A stretch of 63,893 nucleotides of DNA, the filler included, from Intoshia linei (Eukaryota; Animalia; Orthonectida): the NCBI GenBank assembly GCA_001642005.1. It is 4 parts of 4 records of this genome, joined end to end, with 100 filler letters (N's around TTAATTAATTAA, not from the genome) between each part and the next. Parts side by side here need not be neighbours in the genome. Positions count along the whole stretch, not along the records: positions 37,332 to 52,805 come from LWCA01000910.1; positions 52,906 to 63,893 come from LWCA01001214.1; 2 more parts are not named here. One strand, 5' to 3'. The position numbers and the translations under genes were made by a program. Below are positions 50,804-63,893 of the stretch, one piece after another; positions within the stretch are counted from its first letter, which is position 1; every line of letters starts with the position of its first letter. The notes beneath the pieces are model-generated. The model was not told the DNA's origin. It did not search any database and saw only the letters and a list, made by a program, of their open reading frames with translations.

Positions 50804-53800
50804 ATGAGTAAATTTGAAAGAAGACACAGTTGCAGCGATATTATCAGGTTCTTATTTTTATTATTTATCTTGTATTTATTTACATCTCAATGTGTATTTT
50901 GGTGGTAATTATGAATGATAATCTGCTGTATAGGTTGTGTCCGTAAAAGGACAAAGGATCGTAAAAGAATTTTCCCGTAAACTACTCTTACTAGGATAGT
51001 TGAGAGGGCTAGGGGCCACATGACCGGGCCTACACTCATGAGGGTCTAGTTTTTTAATTTATTAATAGCTAATCTTGCCAAATTTCTCAAGTATACCAAA
51101 ATTTCAATTACCAATACGATTTATACCGGTTATTTTTAATTTATAGATAATGAACAGTCGATTAAGCAATGTATAGAGGTCCCGTCTATCAATTTTTTTA
51201 TTATATTGGCCTAAAATTTCCATCTAACCGGGCCTACTGCTGGCTCTTGACGGCCTTAACCCGTACACGTACATATTTTCCCAATATTTGAACGGTTCAT
51301 ATACAACTATTAACTAAACTTTTTACAAAGCTACCCGGCAACAGTAACAAATTGAGGGTCACTTTTATTTACCCATTTCGGAATACTCTGTTTTAATAGA
51401 ATCTTAATTTTAATTTGGCATAATTATTTAATAGGAATCAAACCTAATACGTGATATTTTCATTGGATTTCAAAATAAATTATTTCATGAATTTATGAAG
51501 GTTGTAGAATATACTTTTCCTTGAATTTCCCTTTAGGGTTGACTAGAGCTATTTTTTTTAATTTGGTAAACGTGGATAGCTCGTATGAGGTTAAATTGAA
51601 TAAAATTATTATTTTCCAATTAATTTTAACTATAAACGACACATGACACATAGTAAATAATTATTATTGAAAACTTAATTCTAAAATCGATAATTAAAAT
51701 ATAACATACATTATATATGGGAAATTTCATGTGAAAACGATTTTATTATTTCTAAAAATGCAAAAGCAACGATCAGGACACTTAATTGAATATTTTAAAA
51801 TATTATGGGTGTAACGGTTGATATTGTTAAGTTATTTACGAATATATCTAAATATTTCATGAAAAAAATAAACTATGAATAGGTGACACATGTAATAATA
51901 TGCCTACTTTCATATTAAATTGATTTTTCAAAATATATTAGTAATTAATATGTAATTAACACTATTAAAATTAAATGATCTGTAAGTTTCGATCTTGATC
52001 ATAAAAAATACAATTGTGTGTATTACACTAAAGCTACTATTGTCAAGATTGTATATTCAAAAAATTAGAGGGGTAATTTGCTTAGTTTTTATACTACATC
52101 TTTTATAATACATATATTATATTAATATTACACTAGACAACATTAAAAAAACATCTGCATAAAAATAATACCATCTTGTGGACAATCTAGCGCTGATTTT
52201 AATGATCTAGTATATTTATAAGTTATAGTTCATATAACCCATTTATTAACACTTATAATATTAAAAAAAATATAACAAAGTTTCACTTCAATTCTAAAAT
52301 TGACCGATTATATCATTCAAAATGTTTACTTTAAAAAAGGTGAAGTTTTTTAATTTTGAATATTTATTTATATTAACTTAAAATTGCATGTCTGCAAAAT
52401 AAACGAAACATATTATTGCTTTTGATGTGGTATATATTTGCCAAACACTAAAAAATGTTACTCTATAACTGATAAATGTAAAAATTTGATAATGCAAATA
52501 TACAGTTTAATATACGAGAATCAACTTTGAAATCCCTCAAATCTATATCAAACGTGCCCTTCGTCTATAATGAGATTTAAAAAGAGATTTGTGACACCTA
52601 GAATATGTAAACATTCAGAAAGTGCAAATGACTGCTATTTCTGTATTCAAAAAAGAAGAAAACAAACAAATAAATTAAGCCTTTACTTTTATCCGGCCAC
52701 CAAAAGTTCAACTTTACCAATTTCAATGAAAGTACATAATTTAGGTTCATTATCCCAGCCATTATCATCTCATGAAACAGTTGTTTCAATGTATACTGAG
52801 GAATGNNNNNNNNNNNNNNNNNNNNNNNNNNNNNNNNNNNNNNNNNNNNTTAATTAATTAANNNNNNNNNNNNNNNNNNNNNNNNNNNNNNNNNNNNNNN
52901 NNNNNGCCATTTTTAAGAACAGATTTGACGATATTTATAAGTTTTTATAAATGTATGTACCAATTAAAATTTCCTAAAACGTGTAAAGTAAAATATCCAA
53001 GATAAAATTTATACACTCTGGTATAAAATATAGATACGCAATATTATACATCATATTTAAATATTAATTAATTCTGAGTAACATTAACATAATTTTGACA
53101 ATAATTTAAATTTAAATACGAAAATCTAAATATAAATCCATTTATATGAGTATTTAATTAATTAGTTAATTAAAATATAATAAAGCTCTATAATTATTGC
53201 TTAGATTGCATATTTTTAAAAATCATTTTGCTCGCTATATAAAACCTCAAATAAGGTTCACTGTTATAGAATAATTTTATAGCTCAGAGAAAACGTAAAG
53301 TATTATATTTTATTAGTGACACTTTCAATTGTTCACTTTGAATAATTTTTCGAAATAATTTTATTAAATAGTTTGGATTTTATGTTGTGAAATTAGTTTT
53401 TATGAAGTAAAAATGTCATATAAATTTTAGTAAAAATGAATAGTTTCGTAAGGGTTAAATTTGATGATTTTACTTGCAAAATCTTATAATATACTATATC
53501 AATATAACAGATTTTTAGTAAGTACACACAAAATATAACATTTGTACTATTTTTATATATACTTGTGAGCCAAAAATTTTATTTGAGTTACTTCGCAGTC
53601 CCCTAATGGAAAAAAGGTTGAGAAACACTGAATTAAACAACCCAATTACTGCAGACATATAAAAATCTGAAATTATAAAATCTATATGAAAGTGTATTGA
53701 CATGTTGTTCATACATGTTATACTTAAACTATAAAAATTGTTTATTTACAAAAATTTCGCTCATCATTTATTTAGAATGTGATTTTACTGTACGGTCAAA

Positions 53801-56800
53801 TGAATACACCAATACTTCAATTAAAATGCCAGAATATTTTACACAACCAAACCAAAAATATATTAAAATTTGTAAATACACATTCTACATACCAAATTAC
53901 CAAAAATTGGAACTAATCTTTGACAAAAACGTACTACAGTTGGTGAAGGATAGGTAAACATGTATACTATACAATATTTTACATTTTAAAATTGACAATA
54001 TATAATTTTTGTAAGTTATTTTGTATTTTGTTAATAGTTAATTTTGTACAATGTGAAATTTTTCAAGAATTTTATCAGCAACAGGTTGACTGATGTGTGT
54101 TATGCACTACGTACAAACAGCACCTAGCTCGAGGGCGAATGTGCTTTTTTGACCGTCAAGGCGTCACTTTGACAGATTTTAATTTTTTGTGTGTAATGAT
54201 GATGACAAAAGATTGATTAAGAGCTTTTATTTGTAACAATAAAACAATTTAGGATCGATAATAAGTTATGAATATAATAAGGTTCAATTTGTATTACTAC
54301 AATGTGTTAACTGGATATTACTGTATCATCTGTATTTGTTTAAAAATTCTAGGGTGGTTTATATTTTTTAAAAAAAGGGTAATCTTGGATTTTAATTTTA
54401 TAGTTAATTTTAAATTAACTTTTTAATGGTTTTCATTTAAGATGATGGTTATGATTGTAAAAACTTATTCCCAGAATTTATGTTATATAAAATTATATAA
54501 CTTTTTTCATTTTTACAAAAAAAGGTAATTTGGGGTTTTGCCCGTGAAGATATAACAATTTTAAATTGAAAATTATCACAATGTTGATGATTTTAAAATC
54601 TTGATCAGACTGGGTATTTTTTATAATTCTAGAACGGTCTGGAATTAAAAAAAAGGACAATTTAAAAATTGGACTTTTTTACCATGAAGGACTAAATTTC
54701 TGAAAATGAAATTTGAGACAAAACACTCACTCGAAAAACTGTAATAGAAATATAGAATTTTTAAAACTAAAATCCACATACCTTCTTAAATAAACTGAAA
54801 CAGACAAACAAACAAGCAAACAGACAAATAAACAAACAGTTTTTTAACTAATTTATTTTATATAAGTAAGGATATGTAAAGGTTGCTAATTCATAATAAT
54901 AATTAATAAAGATTGTTTCTAATTGTGATTAAATGTTATTACATTTTTATAGACCATGTTTCTTTACGTACTTCAAAGTTGGATAATATTTTGACAATAA
55001 TCATTTTTTTTGACCAACTTTCACCGATCCATAGAAAGGCTTAATGAAATTCTGTTTAAATTTTTTTATTGAAGACATAGATGATTATAAATATTATATT
55101 AATAATAATCATTATACTTATTTTTTATGTTTAGACCTAACATAAAATTTTTAAATTTTATAAGCGTTAATTGGACAAATAATAACACATTATATTATTA
55201 TATTCGTAAAGAAACGATAAAAGAAATGCAACAAACTTCCTTAATTAATGGATTTAGACTAATAACAAATTCCCAAAATATTACCATTGTATACACTTCT
55301 ATTTTATACGAACCAATCACCATTTATTTCAACTATTTTAAAGGTGATTTATTTAATATTTTAAATACTAAAGAGTATAGTACAAATGTACAAATGAATG
55401 TAGTGGTATAGAAAAATTGTAGTATTTAAGGCAGTATTTGCCAATATGCGTATATCTGAAGACCAGTGGTAACTGGTGAAACCCAGGCACGTGCGCTGAA
55501 TCCGGGTTTCCCGCCAAAAATTGACCAAATTAATGATTAAAAATTTTGGTATTATCAATTTTGAGATGTAATAGACTTATACTACTTAAGATTTAGTTCA
55601 TTTAATACAATTGTATCAAATGAGTAAAATTAATTGTCTTTAAAATGTACTTATCATTATTATTATACTTTATAATTGATATTTTTTTAGACTATAAAAT
55701 TAATGGACAACAAGGAAACAACGATAAATGTCAATTTTCATACAACTTGGAAAGTTTAAATACCAGGCATGTAGTATTCAACTCTCCCGGATATCCAATG
55801 AAAAATGATTGGAAAATTGAATGCTTGTATTATTTTATGGTTAAAAAGCATACCTATAAATTAATATATTTAAATTTCGATGTATTCAAATCAATCGATT
55901 CAGATTCGCTGTTTGAAAAGTAATAACAAATGTATTTAGTTATATATCATGGTCCTCTTCCTTGTACCCTCGGTAACCATGGTGCTCACACCGCGATAAA
56001 ATGGTGCCCTCGATAAAAATTTTTCTTTAGTTACCTAGTTAAAGTGGAAAACTACATAGTAACACATGCCAACCATGAAACTTTTTTATTTTTGAATTGA
56101 TCTTCGTCATATCGTCACTGAAATATTTTAATTTACGTATCATAGATTATAATTATTTAATTTAGAAACTTTGCAGTATTTGAAATTATTCTTTACACAA
56201 ATTTAAACAATAAATCAAATCAACATCTAGTCATACCATTTTATTCAAACACAACATATGAAAATGCACATTATTTCAAAGGAAACATATCCAATATTGT
56301 AGTTAGATTTGTAAATAAATCAAAATTTAATGCCGTTTTCAAAGCTAACATGTACGTTTTCAGTGAAAACCAAATTAAAGGTAAATGTTTTTTAAATTTA
56401 AAGATAATAAATTACAAAAAATAGAGTTTTTCAGTATAATAAATTTTAATTCAGACAAAAATTTTAAATAACACAGTTCAACATTTTTCTAAATGATATC
56501 ATTTTGTAGCTGATAATCTTTTGATTCAAATGATATGGGTTAGTCTATCTGGTCAGATCATTATTTCGATGTATAATAGGAATAAAATACTATTTTAAAC
56601 TATAATTACAAGAAAGTTATATTATATTATAATCTTAAATCCACTAATGACCTATAAAAAAGTCATCAATTCTTCACAAAAATTGGCTACTGGTATACGT
56701 ATGTATTTACCACCCCAGAAAAACGTTTTACTAAATTTAAGTATTTTAGAATTTAACCTGTTGCATTCCTCTTATATTTTTAGAGAAATTAATATTTTTG

Positions 56801-59800
56801 AAATATAAATTTCTACTTTTATTAATGATAACATTTGTAATCTGATAATCTGATGATGATTATCTGATAAATCACTAATTACATGTATACCAAATCAACT
56901 CTGTAATATTTTTCACCTTAATGAAACATATTCTACCCGATAGATGTGATAAATACTGAATTATACTGATAAAATCATATGTGTAACCGTTATTATTGTA
57001 TTTTAATATATGTATATCTCCTAGAATCTATTTAAATATATATTAGAATGTTCCAACAAAACAAAAAATGCTTTAAATTTAATAAGTTACGAATTACCTC
57101 AAAAAATTTATAAACAACTTAATAACACCACTACATCAAAAACGGTAAAAAAGTGTAAATGGAAGTATCACGGAACATATTCCAACAGTTCAGTATCTCT
57201 ATTATTCAAAAATACAAAGATTTCAGGTATTTTATATAATAATAAATTACTGTTATGCAGGATCACGGAGAGCCAGCAGACCCCCGGTCAAAAGGAAATT
57301 GTAGGGCCTACTCATTTTTTTTTAAATTGGGACATCTATACATTGCTTAATCGATCGGTTATTGCCTAAAAATTAAAAATAACAGTTGCAAATCGCATTG
57401 GTCATCATAATTTTAACATTACCTATTACTAAATTAAAATATTAGAATCTCATGATTGTAGACCCAGTCATATTACCCCTAGCCCACTGCCCTGCTGTTA
57501 TGTACTTCGTACAAACACGAGTAGCTCTACTATCAAACACTGTGTGAACTTTTTTATTTTAATATCGATTTTTTAATTTATTAGACAATGAGTGTATTAT
57601 CTTAAAAAACCTTCCAAATATAGTTTAACCCCTAAAAAATCACCATAAAAAACATAAATCCCAGAAATAATAAGATTGTAAAGACTTGTAATAGTAATGT
57701 GATTGAATATATTCCGTAACTGCTTTCGATAAGTAAAAATATTGTGTATCAATAAATAAAGGATTCACCAAAATTTTATAATAAAAACTACCCTATCTGA
57801 TTCCAAAAGAAAAAACCATATTTTACCAACCCTTAACGAAAAAAATTCGCTTTTACCAATATTTTTATGAAAAATCCTATTTTACCAAATTTTTAGATCA
57901 ATAATTCTTCTGACTGAATTTATAAAAAAAACCTGATTTAAAAAAATTTGAAAAATCTCCTTTTACTAATAATTTTTTGAAAAAACATTAATCATTAATT
58001 TTTCGGTAAATAATTAATAATAATTGGACAACAGAAAAAAGTTCTATTAAAAGCCGATTTGTTCATATATTAGAGTTGAAGACATAATAAAATATGTAAA
58101 TATTAATAATGACATAAAAAAAGATATCAGTGACTGCATTGATTTTGTGTGCCCTTCGCTAACATTTGAAAAACTGGGGGAAAGTCAAGAATGTAACTTT
58201 ATGATTAAAATAGTTTAAATAGACCTTGAATAAAATCTCATTTTAACTTTTCAATTTGAAGTAAAATGATATATTGCATTATGGTCATATGTATTGCCCA
58301 CGGCCGCACATTGTGCACCCCTGGTCTGGAGTTTAGTCATTCTAAAGAAGACTATAATTTCTAGTTTTGATTGTGAAGGTGTAAATTTAAAATAATAAAT
58401 TGATGAGATTATATAAATACTAGGTTGACTGTTATGTACTAATTACAAACAGCACCTAGCTCTGCCGAGGGCGGGCTTATCTAATTTTACCAAAAAAATA
58501 AATTCAATAATAAAATCTTAATTAAAAATGCTACTCATTATTAAGAATCATTAAAGAAGCATTCATAAACTTGAATTTCACATTACCTTTTAACCAAAAT
58601 TTAATTAGTGTGGCCATAAATACGTATTTTTAATAATCTATTGGCAAACTGCCAAATATGTAGAAACGAAATAGCTTTGTTTTGTAACTCAATAAATTTT
58701 AAAAATAAATCCAAATTTTACAATTATGTAAAGTGTCCAGAAAAAATACGTACTATCAATTTTAGTTTATTTGGTGTTAAATAACCAAACTACTTCTCTA
58801 TAATGAATAAAAATTTTCAACTTAAAATTTATTCCAAATAAACCTATTTTTCTGGCGACCTTAATTTAAAGTTTAAATTATAAGAAATATCGTTTCTAGG
58901 TAACTTAAAATACATATTTTTCACGTTTAAAATATAGCCACACTAGTTTAATTTAAAATGAATAATTCACAGTTAATTAAATTTAACTTTTGTATAGAAT
59001 TTTAAAAAAAATTTTGTGATCACTTTTATTCAATTTATTAGAGATAATGAGTGTATAATAATATAATATAATTAGAGTGTGCACTTTTTTAAAGAGCAAA
59101 AAGTATATTTGCATATAGGTGTGTTTTTGTGTGCTGATCACGAATATGCATTTTGTTTTAATTCATAAAATTTTTGTTTTTTAATTTTTCTATAAAAGGT
59201 GTATATAATTTGTGTTTTAACCGTTAATATGCAAATTTCTGAGATTGAAATATAACTTAAAATCTTTACCCCAAAAAAATGACTTTGAATTTGTTTTATG
59301 AATTAGATTTATAATTTCTGAGACTGTCAGTTTTCTTAATAAATGGTTACACATGGACACAAACGGACATGTAGACAGACACATAATTTTTAGCAACTAT
59401 TACTTTATACATTACTGTATAAGTCGGATTATTTAGACTACAAATACTGCAAAAATACAAAAATTCAAATAAATTCATCAAAAACATTAACACTGTGTAG
59501 TAATGACGTCAAAGAAATTATACTCGACACAAATAATTTTTATTTAAGGTAACTGTTATTGTAAAAAAATATATTTTATTTGTTATTACAATATTTGTAT
59601 TAATTTTATAAATTTTTATAGCTTTGTTTCAATTGAAAATCAACTCTCCCGTCATTTTCAAATTTTCATTACAGAAATGTTAAACATGGAGGGTATTCAA
59701 ATTTATAAAAATGTAAAATGCAAATTTAATAGAATGCACTCAATTTACTTGTAAAATCAATGAAAGATGCATTTCGAATGACATGGTTTGTAATAAAATG

Positions 59801-60681
59801 CAAAACTGTGGAACTGATGATAATTCTGATGAAAATGAGTGTATTTTTATATAAATTATTTATTACATCTATACAATAAATTTTTGAGCAATCAAAACAG
59901 CTAATCTACAGTCAAATGAAATTATTTACAGGTAGATGTAAATTAACTATGCAATGCTTTAATTTTTAATGGAGAAAAATTTCTTTTTGTTTATAAATGT
60001 TTTTAATCCCCCAGCTTGGGAACCCTATCTGTACACTTTATGCACTCAATATGTGAATTGAGTTATAATACCGTTAAAATTTTTATGATACAAGTAAAAT
60101 AATTTTTTGGTCAAAAAAATTATATTTATAGGTCAATAAACTTTCACTAGCATCGAGGGATCAAGAATATGTTAATTTGAGGTGCATATCAACGTTTTTA
60201 ATATGATAACATTATTATTTTTCATATACTTGTGTATTCAAATAACAATGTAATATGATTGCTCCGAAATGAAAATATTCGTGTTCAATGGACACTGTTC
60301 ATATTGTATTGAAACTACTGTATATTCCTTCATCTTTACTGTTAATGAATTAATTTAATAGGTACTGAAGAATTTTCTAGTACAGCCTTGTTTATTTCAA
60401 TCATTGTATTGACTATATTTTGTATATCGATTTGTGTATTAATAGTGATCCGGCGACACCGACATCGCAAAAATACTAAAAGATTATCAAGATTGTTTGA
60501 ATATAATACAAATGAGTATATGAATGAAATACAATACATGGCACCCATAAGTAATTCAAACACCACAATTTTTCCAGTTAAATACAATACTGATGTTTGT
60601 TCTGCCGCTCGAAAAATTAATTTGAATCACAAATCTTTATCCAGTTATGACATCAATTCCAAAAAAATTACTCTTGTATAG
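50804..60681 (+). CDS. CUB-repeat plus LDLa single-pass membrane protein (Neto/SOL-2/LEV-10-like); start exon tentative
   Basis: CUB-like exons at 53777 (ECDFTV...CKYTFY), 55691 (CQFSY...FNSPGYP...ECLYYF) and 57047 (ECSN...CKWKY); LDLa ECTQFTC...CISNDMVCNKMQNCGTDDNSDENEC (59733-59840); TM in last exon; C-terminus ITLV*. Exon 50804-50903 is phase-compatible but lies across a gap. Confidence 0.78.
52131..52805 (+). mobile_element. Decayed DNA transposase N-terminus, CMC/Chapaev3-like, cut by the gap
   Basis: Terminus cactagacaac; CKINETYYCF*CG...ITD...NDCYFC...YPATKSSTLP resembles the Cys-rich FCYICG...DDCYFC...YP N-terminus; has stops and frameshifts. Family name from memory. Confidence 0.55.
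52806..52905. other. Scaffold gap with TTAATTAATTAA linker
   Basis: N-run with central 12-mer. Confidence 0.97.
54081..54872 (-). mobile_element. Non-autonomous Helitron copy (diverged)
   Basis: Reverse-complement match to both termini of 42091-42848 (aggttgac... and ...tataagtaagga). Confidence 0.72.
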
Positions 60682-61146
60682 TGGTATATATTGATATCGT
60701 TGTATATATGTTTTCATAAATTTTTAATTAATAAAACTTTGAACGAACCCTGCTATGCTGCGTTAAAAATACCAAGATCAATAATTTTTACAATTAATTT
60801 TTTTAGTGTTGATATAGATAAAATGTATGGTAGTGGGTTCTAGGTACCAGATTAGAAAAAGTACCTTAAAAATAAATCAATCTAGAAACCATCTTCAATC
60901 ATAATCAGGCACCGTCATAAAATAATTTATTTCTGATATATTAATGTATATTGAAATTATTTATTGCAATAATTGCAAATTTGAAAAATAATTAATTAAT
61001 GTAAATACGTAAATTAAACTAAATATGGCTTAAAATAAACTGCTCAATTACTTTGTTTTCTTAGTGTAATGCTGTTTATATATTTGATATTAATTATCGT
61101 CCAATTTGTAGGTATAAAATTTTAATAGGTATCACATTTTTCACGA

Positions 61147-61470
61147 CAACCCCTCTTGGAATTTTAGTTCAAAAAAAATTTCCTAAAAACATCCCTTAAA
61201 AGTTTGGTTCAAAAAAAAATCTTAAATTCCCCTCTTGAAAGTTGGTTCAAAAAAAATTTCCTGAAAACCCCCCTTGAAAGTTTGGTTCAAAAAAAAATAT
61301 TAAAAAACCCCTCTTGAAATTTATGGTTAAAAAAAATAATATTAAAAACCCCTCTAGACAGTTTGGTTCAAAAAAAATTCTAAGAAACGCCCCTTAAAAT
61401 TTAGATTACAAAAATTTCTAAAAATACCACCCATTAAAGTTTGATTCAAAAAAAATTACTAAAACCCAAA
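61147..61470. repeat. Minisatellite, about 40-42 bp unit, about 8 copies
   Basis: Repeating aaaacccctcttgaaagtttggttcaaaaaaaattt-like unit. Confidence 0.85.
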
Positions 61471-63079
61471 ATTAAACTAAAATATAAATGAAAGTTTTAC
61501 ACATTCTACGACTTGCCTGTAGAATGTGTACATTAGGATGTCACACCCATCAAAGAATCAAGGATGGTTACCGTGAAAATGGTGTATTTTAAAGAAAAAC
61601 CAATTAATATACGATTTTATTTGACAAAGACAATAAATAAATATATAGATGACAAAGATTTGTAAATATGTAAAATTACAGAGAAATTTTTCAAGATTAA
61701 CTATTATAATTTAAACAATCTAGAATAGTTGACGTAGGTTTATATCTTTATAGGCATTAGAATCTTAATCACCCTCTCCACCGGGATATGGAACGTATTA
61801 ATATATTAACCATGATTACAGTTCCAATATAGTTGTTCATTTAGATTAAATTAAACCTCTGCCAATTGGTAAATTCCAATGCTTTGACTTAGTGGTAACG
61901 TTTTGATTAATTGTCCAAAAAGCTCCTCGAATTTCATAATTAAAAAATTTGAATTTCAAAAACCATATTTGATTACAGGCATGTCTTATAGAACTCTAAA
62001 AATGATTATTTAATTGTAATTAAAATTATACTTTCCAACTTTTTATATTGCTTAATCTCCTATATCTAAAATATGGATATTTTTTCCTATAAGAATTAAT
62101 TAGTTTTATTAATAATTTATTAAAAGATGAAATTATATTTTCAATAAAAAATTTTTTTCACTTAACATTTATGCCCTAAATTTAAGAAATTAAATCGTTT
62201 ATAAAAATCAAACTAAGACAGCTAGAATGAAAATTAAATACTAATATGTTTAGTTATAAACGGTGATTAACATAATACTCTGTAAACCATGACAATTCAC
62301 TATAACACTGTTTTTAAAAAAAATAAAGTAAATTTAATTTTTTCTACTTTTAATTCTAATTTTCATCACCTATCTCCTCTACATCGAAATGATGACAATA
62401 TAATAAAATATTTCTGTAGCATTAAATCGAATCTTTCATTTTGTAGTCAAATATTATATATCAGCAATTTATTTCTTAGTTAATAGAAAAATACCACGAA
62501 AACCGATAAATTATAAATGTTATAATTGTTAAAATATTCTTATAGGTATTATAATTATATATTAAATAGTACGTAAAATATTAATAAAATATTGCAATTA
62601 TTGCAATAAAATAATGATTGATCCTGATCATAATCATGATCATAATAACCCTAAAAATGACTGCTTTTTGAAAAATTAACCTTTTATAAAAAACATCAAA
62701 ATCTCTACATTTTCGAATCTAAACATTACAAAAGAAATGACTGGTGAATCTGTAGCGGTGTTACATCAAACAACATTGAAATTAACCATGTCGTTAACCT
62801 TTAAAGATGATGTAGTTATGACTAATTGGTAAATTACAACAATGACAGCCAAATCAGTGTAATTAATTTGTCTAGCCGTAATTACTTTTTAAAATTAAAA
62901 AAAAGACAATTTACATATAAATAATTGTAAATTCATTAATATTAATTAAAAATTTCTCAATTTATAACCAACTTTTAACATTAATGAAATTAACTGCGGT
63001 AATTTTTAGTTTAAATGCCGATACATAATTTGTTAGCAATTCATATTTAATGTATTACATATTATATTGTTTTATGTAG

Positions 63080-63467
63080 GAAGAAGAATTTATAATTATT
63101 AGAAATACCGAGAGTTATATAGAATTGTTACGTCCAGACAGACAATGTTACTTTTATGATGGAATAGGTTCAACTTGCAATATTAAATCTAATGTTAAAA
63201 CTAAATCACCGAATAAAAGAAAATCTTACTCGAATCTCCATATTATTGTTGATAATTTCGCTATGTCTCAAAATTTAAATTTGGAAATGGGTATGGCAAT
63301 TTTCAATATTTACATATTGCATATAACAAAATTTTAATGTAATAATTTCAATGTAGGTACCAAATTATTAGAACCAAAATGTAAATTAATTGAACTTGTT
63401 TCATATGCTGTCGCTGACAGTCCCCATGGAATACTGACTGCTCGGCAGATTTACATGTGTCTTCAGT
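63080..63467 (+). CDS. Divergent forkhead-box gene, partial (continues beyond window; 5' exon unresolved)
   Basis: Exon 63357-63467 EPKCKLIELVSYAVADSPHGILTARQIYMCLQ aligns to forkhead helices 1-2 (LIAMAI..SP...LTL.QIY); in phase with exon 63080-63290. Confidence 0.68.
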
Positions 63468-63514
63468 AATTTTTTAACAGTTTTTAAAGTATCTTATTTG
63501 TTTTTTAAAGAATG

Positions 63515-63893
63515 AGCTTGACTGTTTTGTACTTTGTTAAACTTTGTTTAAACATATTTCAGGCGAATTTTACCAATATTGCAAAAAATTATAATAAATA
63601 CAAAAATTATAATAACAAAGTTGTATTACTTTTATTTTCGTTGTTGTAGTTTTTATTTAAATTTTATTAAAAATGTTTTGAAAATGAGAATTTGAAATTT
63701 AAAAATTAAAAATTCCGTAACAATGAAAAAAATTCCGAAGGAATGAATTATATAGATTTTTACCCATATTTCCTTATTGGAAATGTTGTAGACGTTCAAT
63801 GAACATTTTTTTTAAAATTGTAGGATTAATATATACATCTTCAATTTTTATTTTAATCGAAATATTTGAAAAATATTGGTTGATAATATATTA
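63515..63893 (-). mobile_element. Helitron-family fragment running off the window end
   Basis: Near-identical to 19490-19850 and 11640-11965. Confidence 0.75.

Noticed and set aside
1-63893. Prokaryotic or phage system (defence island, retron, CRISPR) or altered genetic code
   Set aside because: All recognisable genes are animal genes, nearly all spliced, translating cleanly with the standard code; no operons seen.

Overview
Very AT-rich animal (metazoan) genomic DNA with compact genes, many 30-60 nt GT-AG introns and three 100-nt scaffold gaps. The style resembles reduced spiralian parasite genomes such as orthonectids, but the species cannot be confirmed from sequence. Genes reconstructed by manual splicing: TFIIH p8 (GTF2H5), a glutaminase homologue with ankyrin repeats, an intronless tandem-PH protein resembling Sesquipedalian/PHETA, STIM, a partial Orthopedia homeobox gene, a small orphan gene, a non-catalytic neuroligin-like esterase (5' half only), prolidase PEPD (5' part only), NOM1, a CUB-CUB-CUB-LDLa-TM Neto-like protein and a partial divergent forkhead gene. 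Introns and spacers are filled with hAT/Charlie MITEs, Tigger/pogo remnants, non-autonomous Helitrons and a Chapaev-like remnant. Highlights: (1) an intact glutaminase that keeps S-x-x-K but has a rebuilt substrate pocket (Y249T, E381R, Y466D, V484S equivalents); (2) a ~190-bp TG..CA solo-LTR carrying a tRNA-like Pol III unit, whose 5-bp target duplication is supported by an empty paralogous site in this window; (3) a pogo transposase with a 35-nt spliceosomal intron; (4) two convergent genes both truncated at one repeat block. All homology calls come from recalled family motifs; no searches were run.
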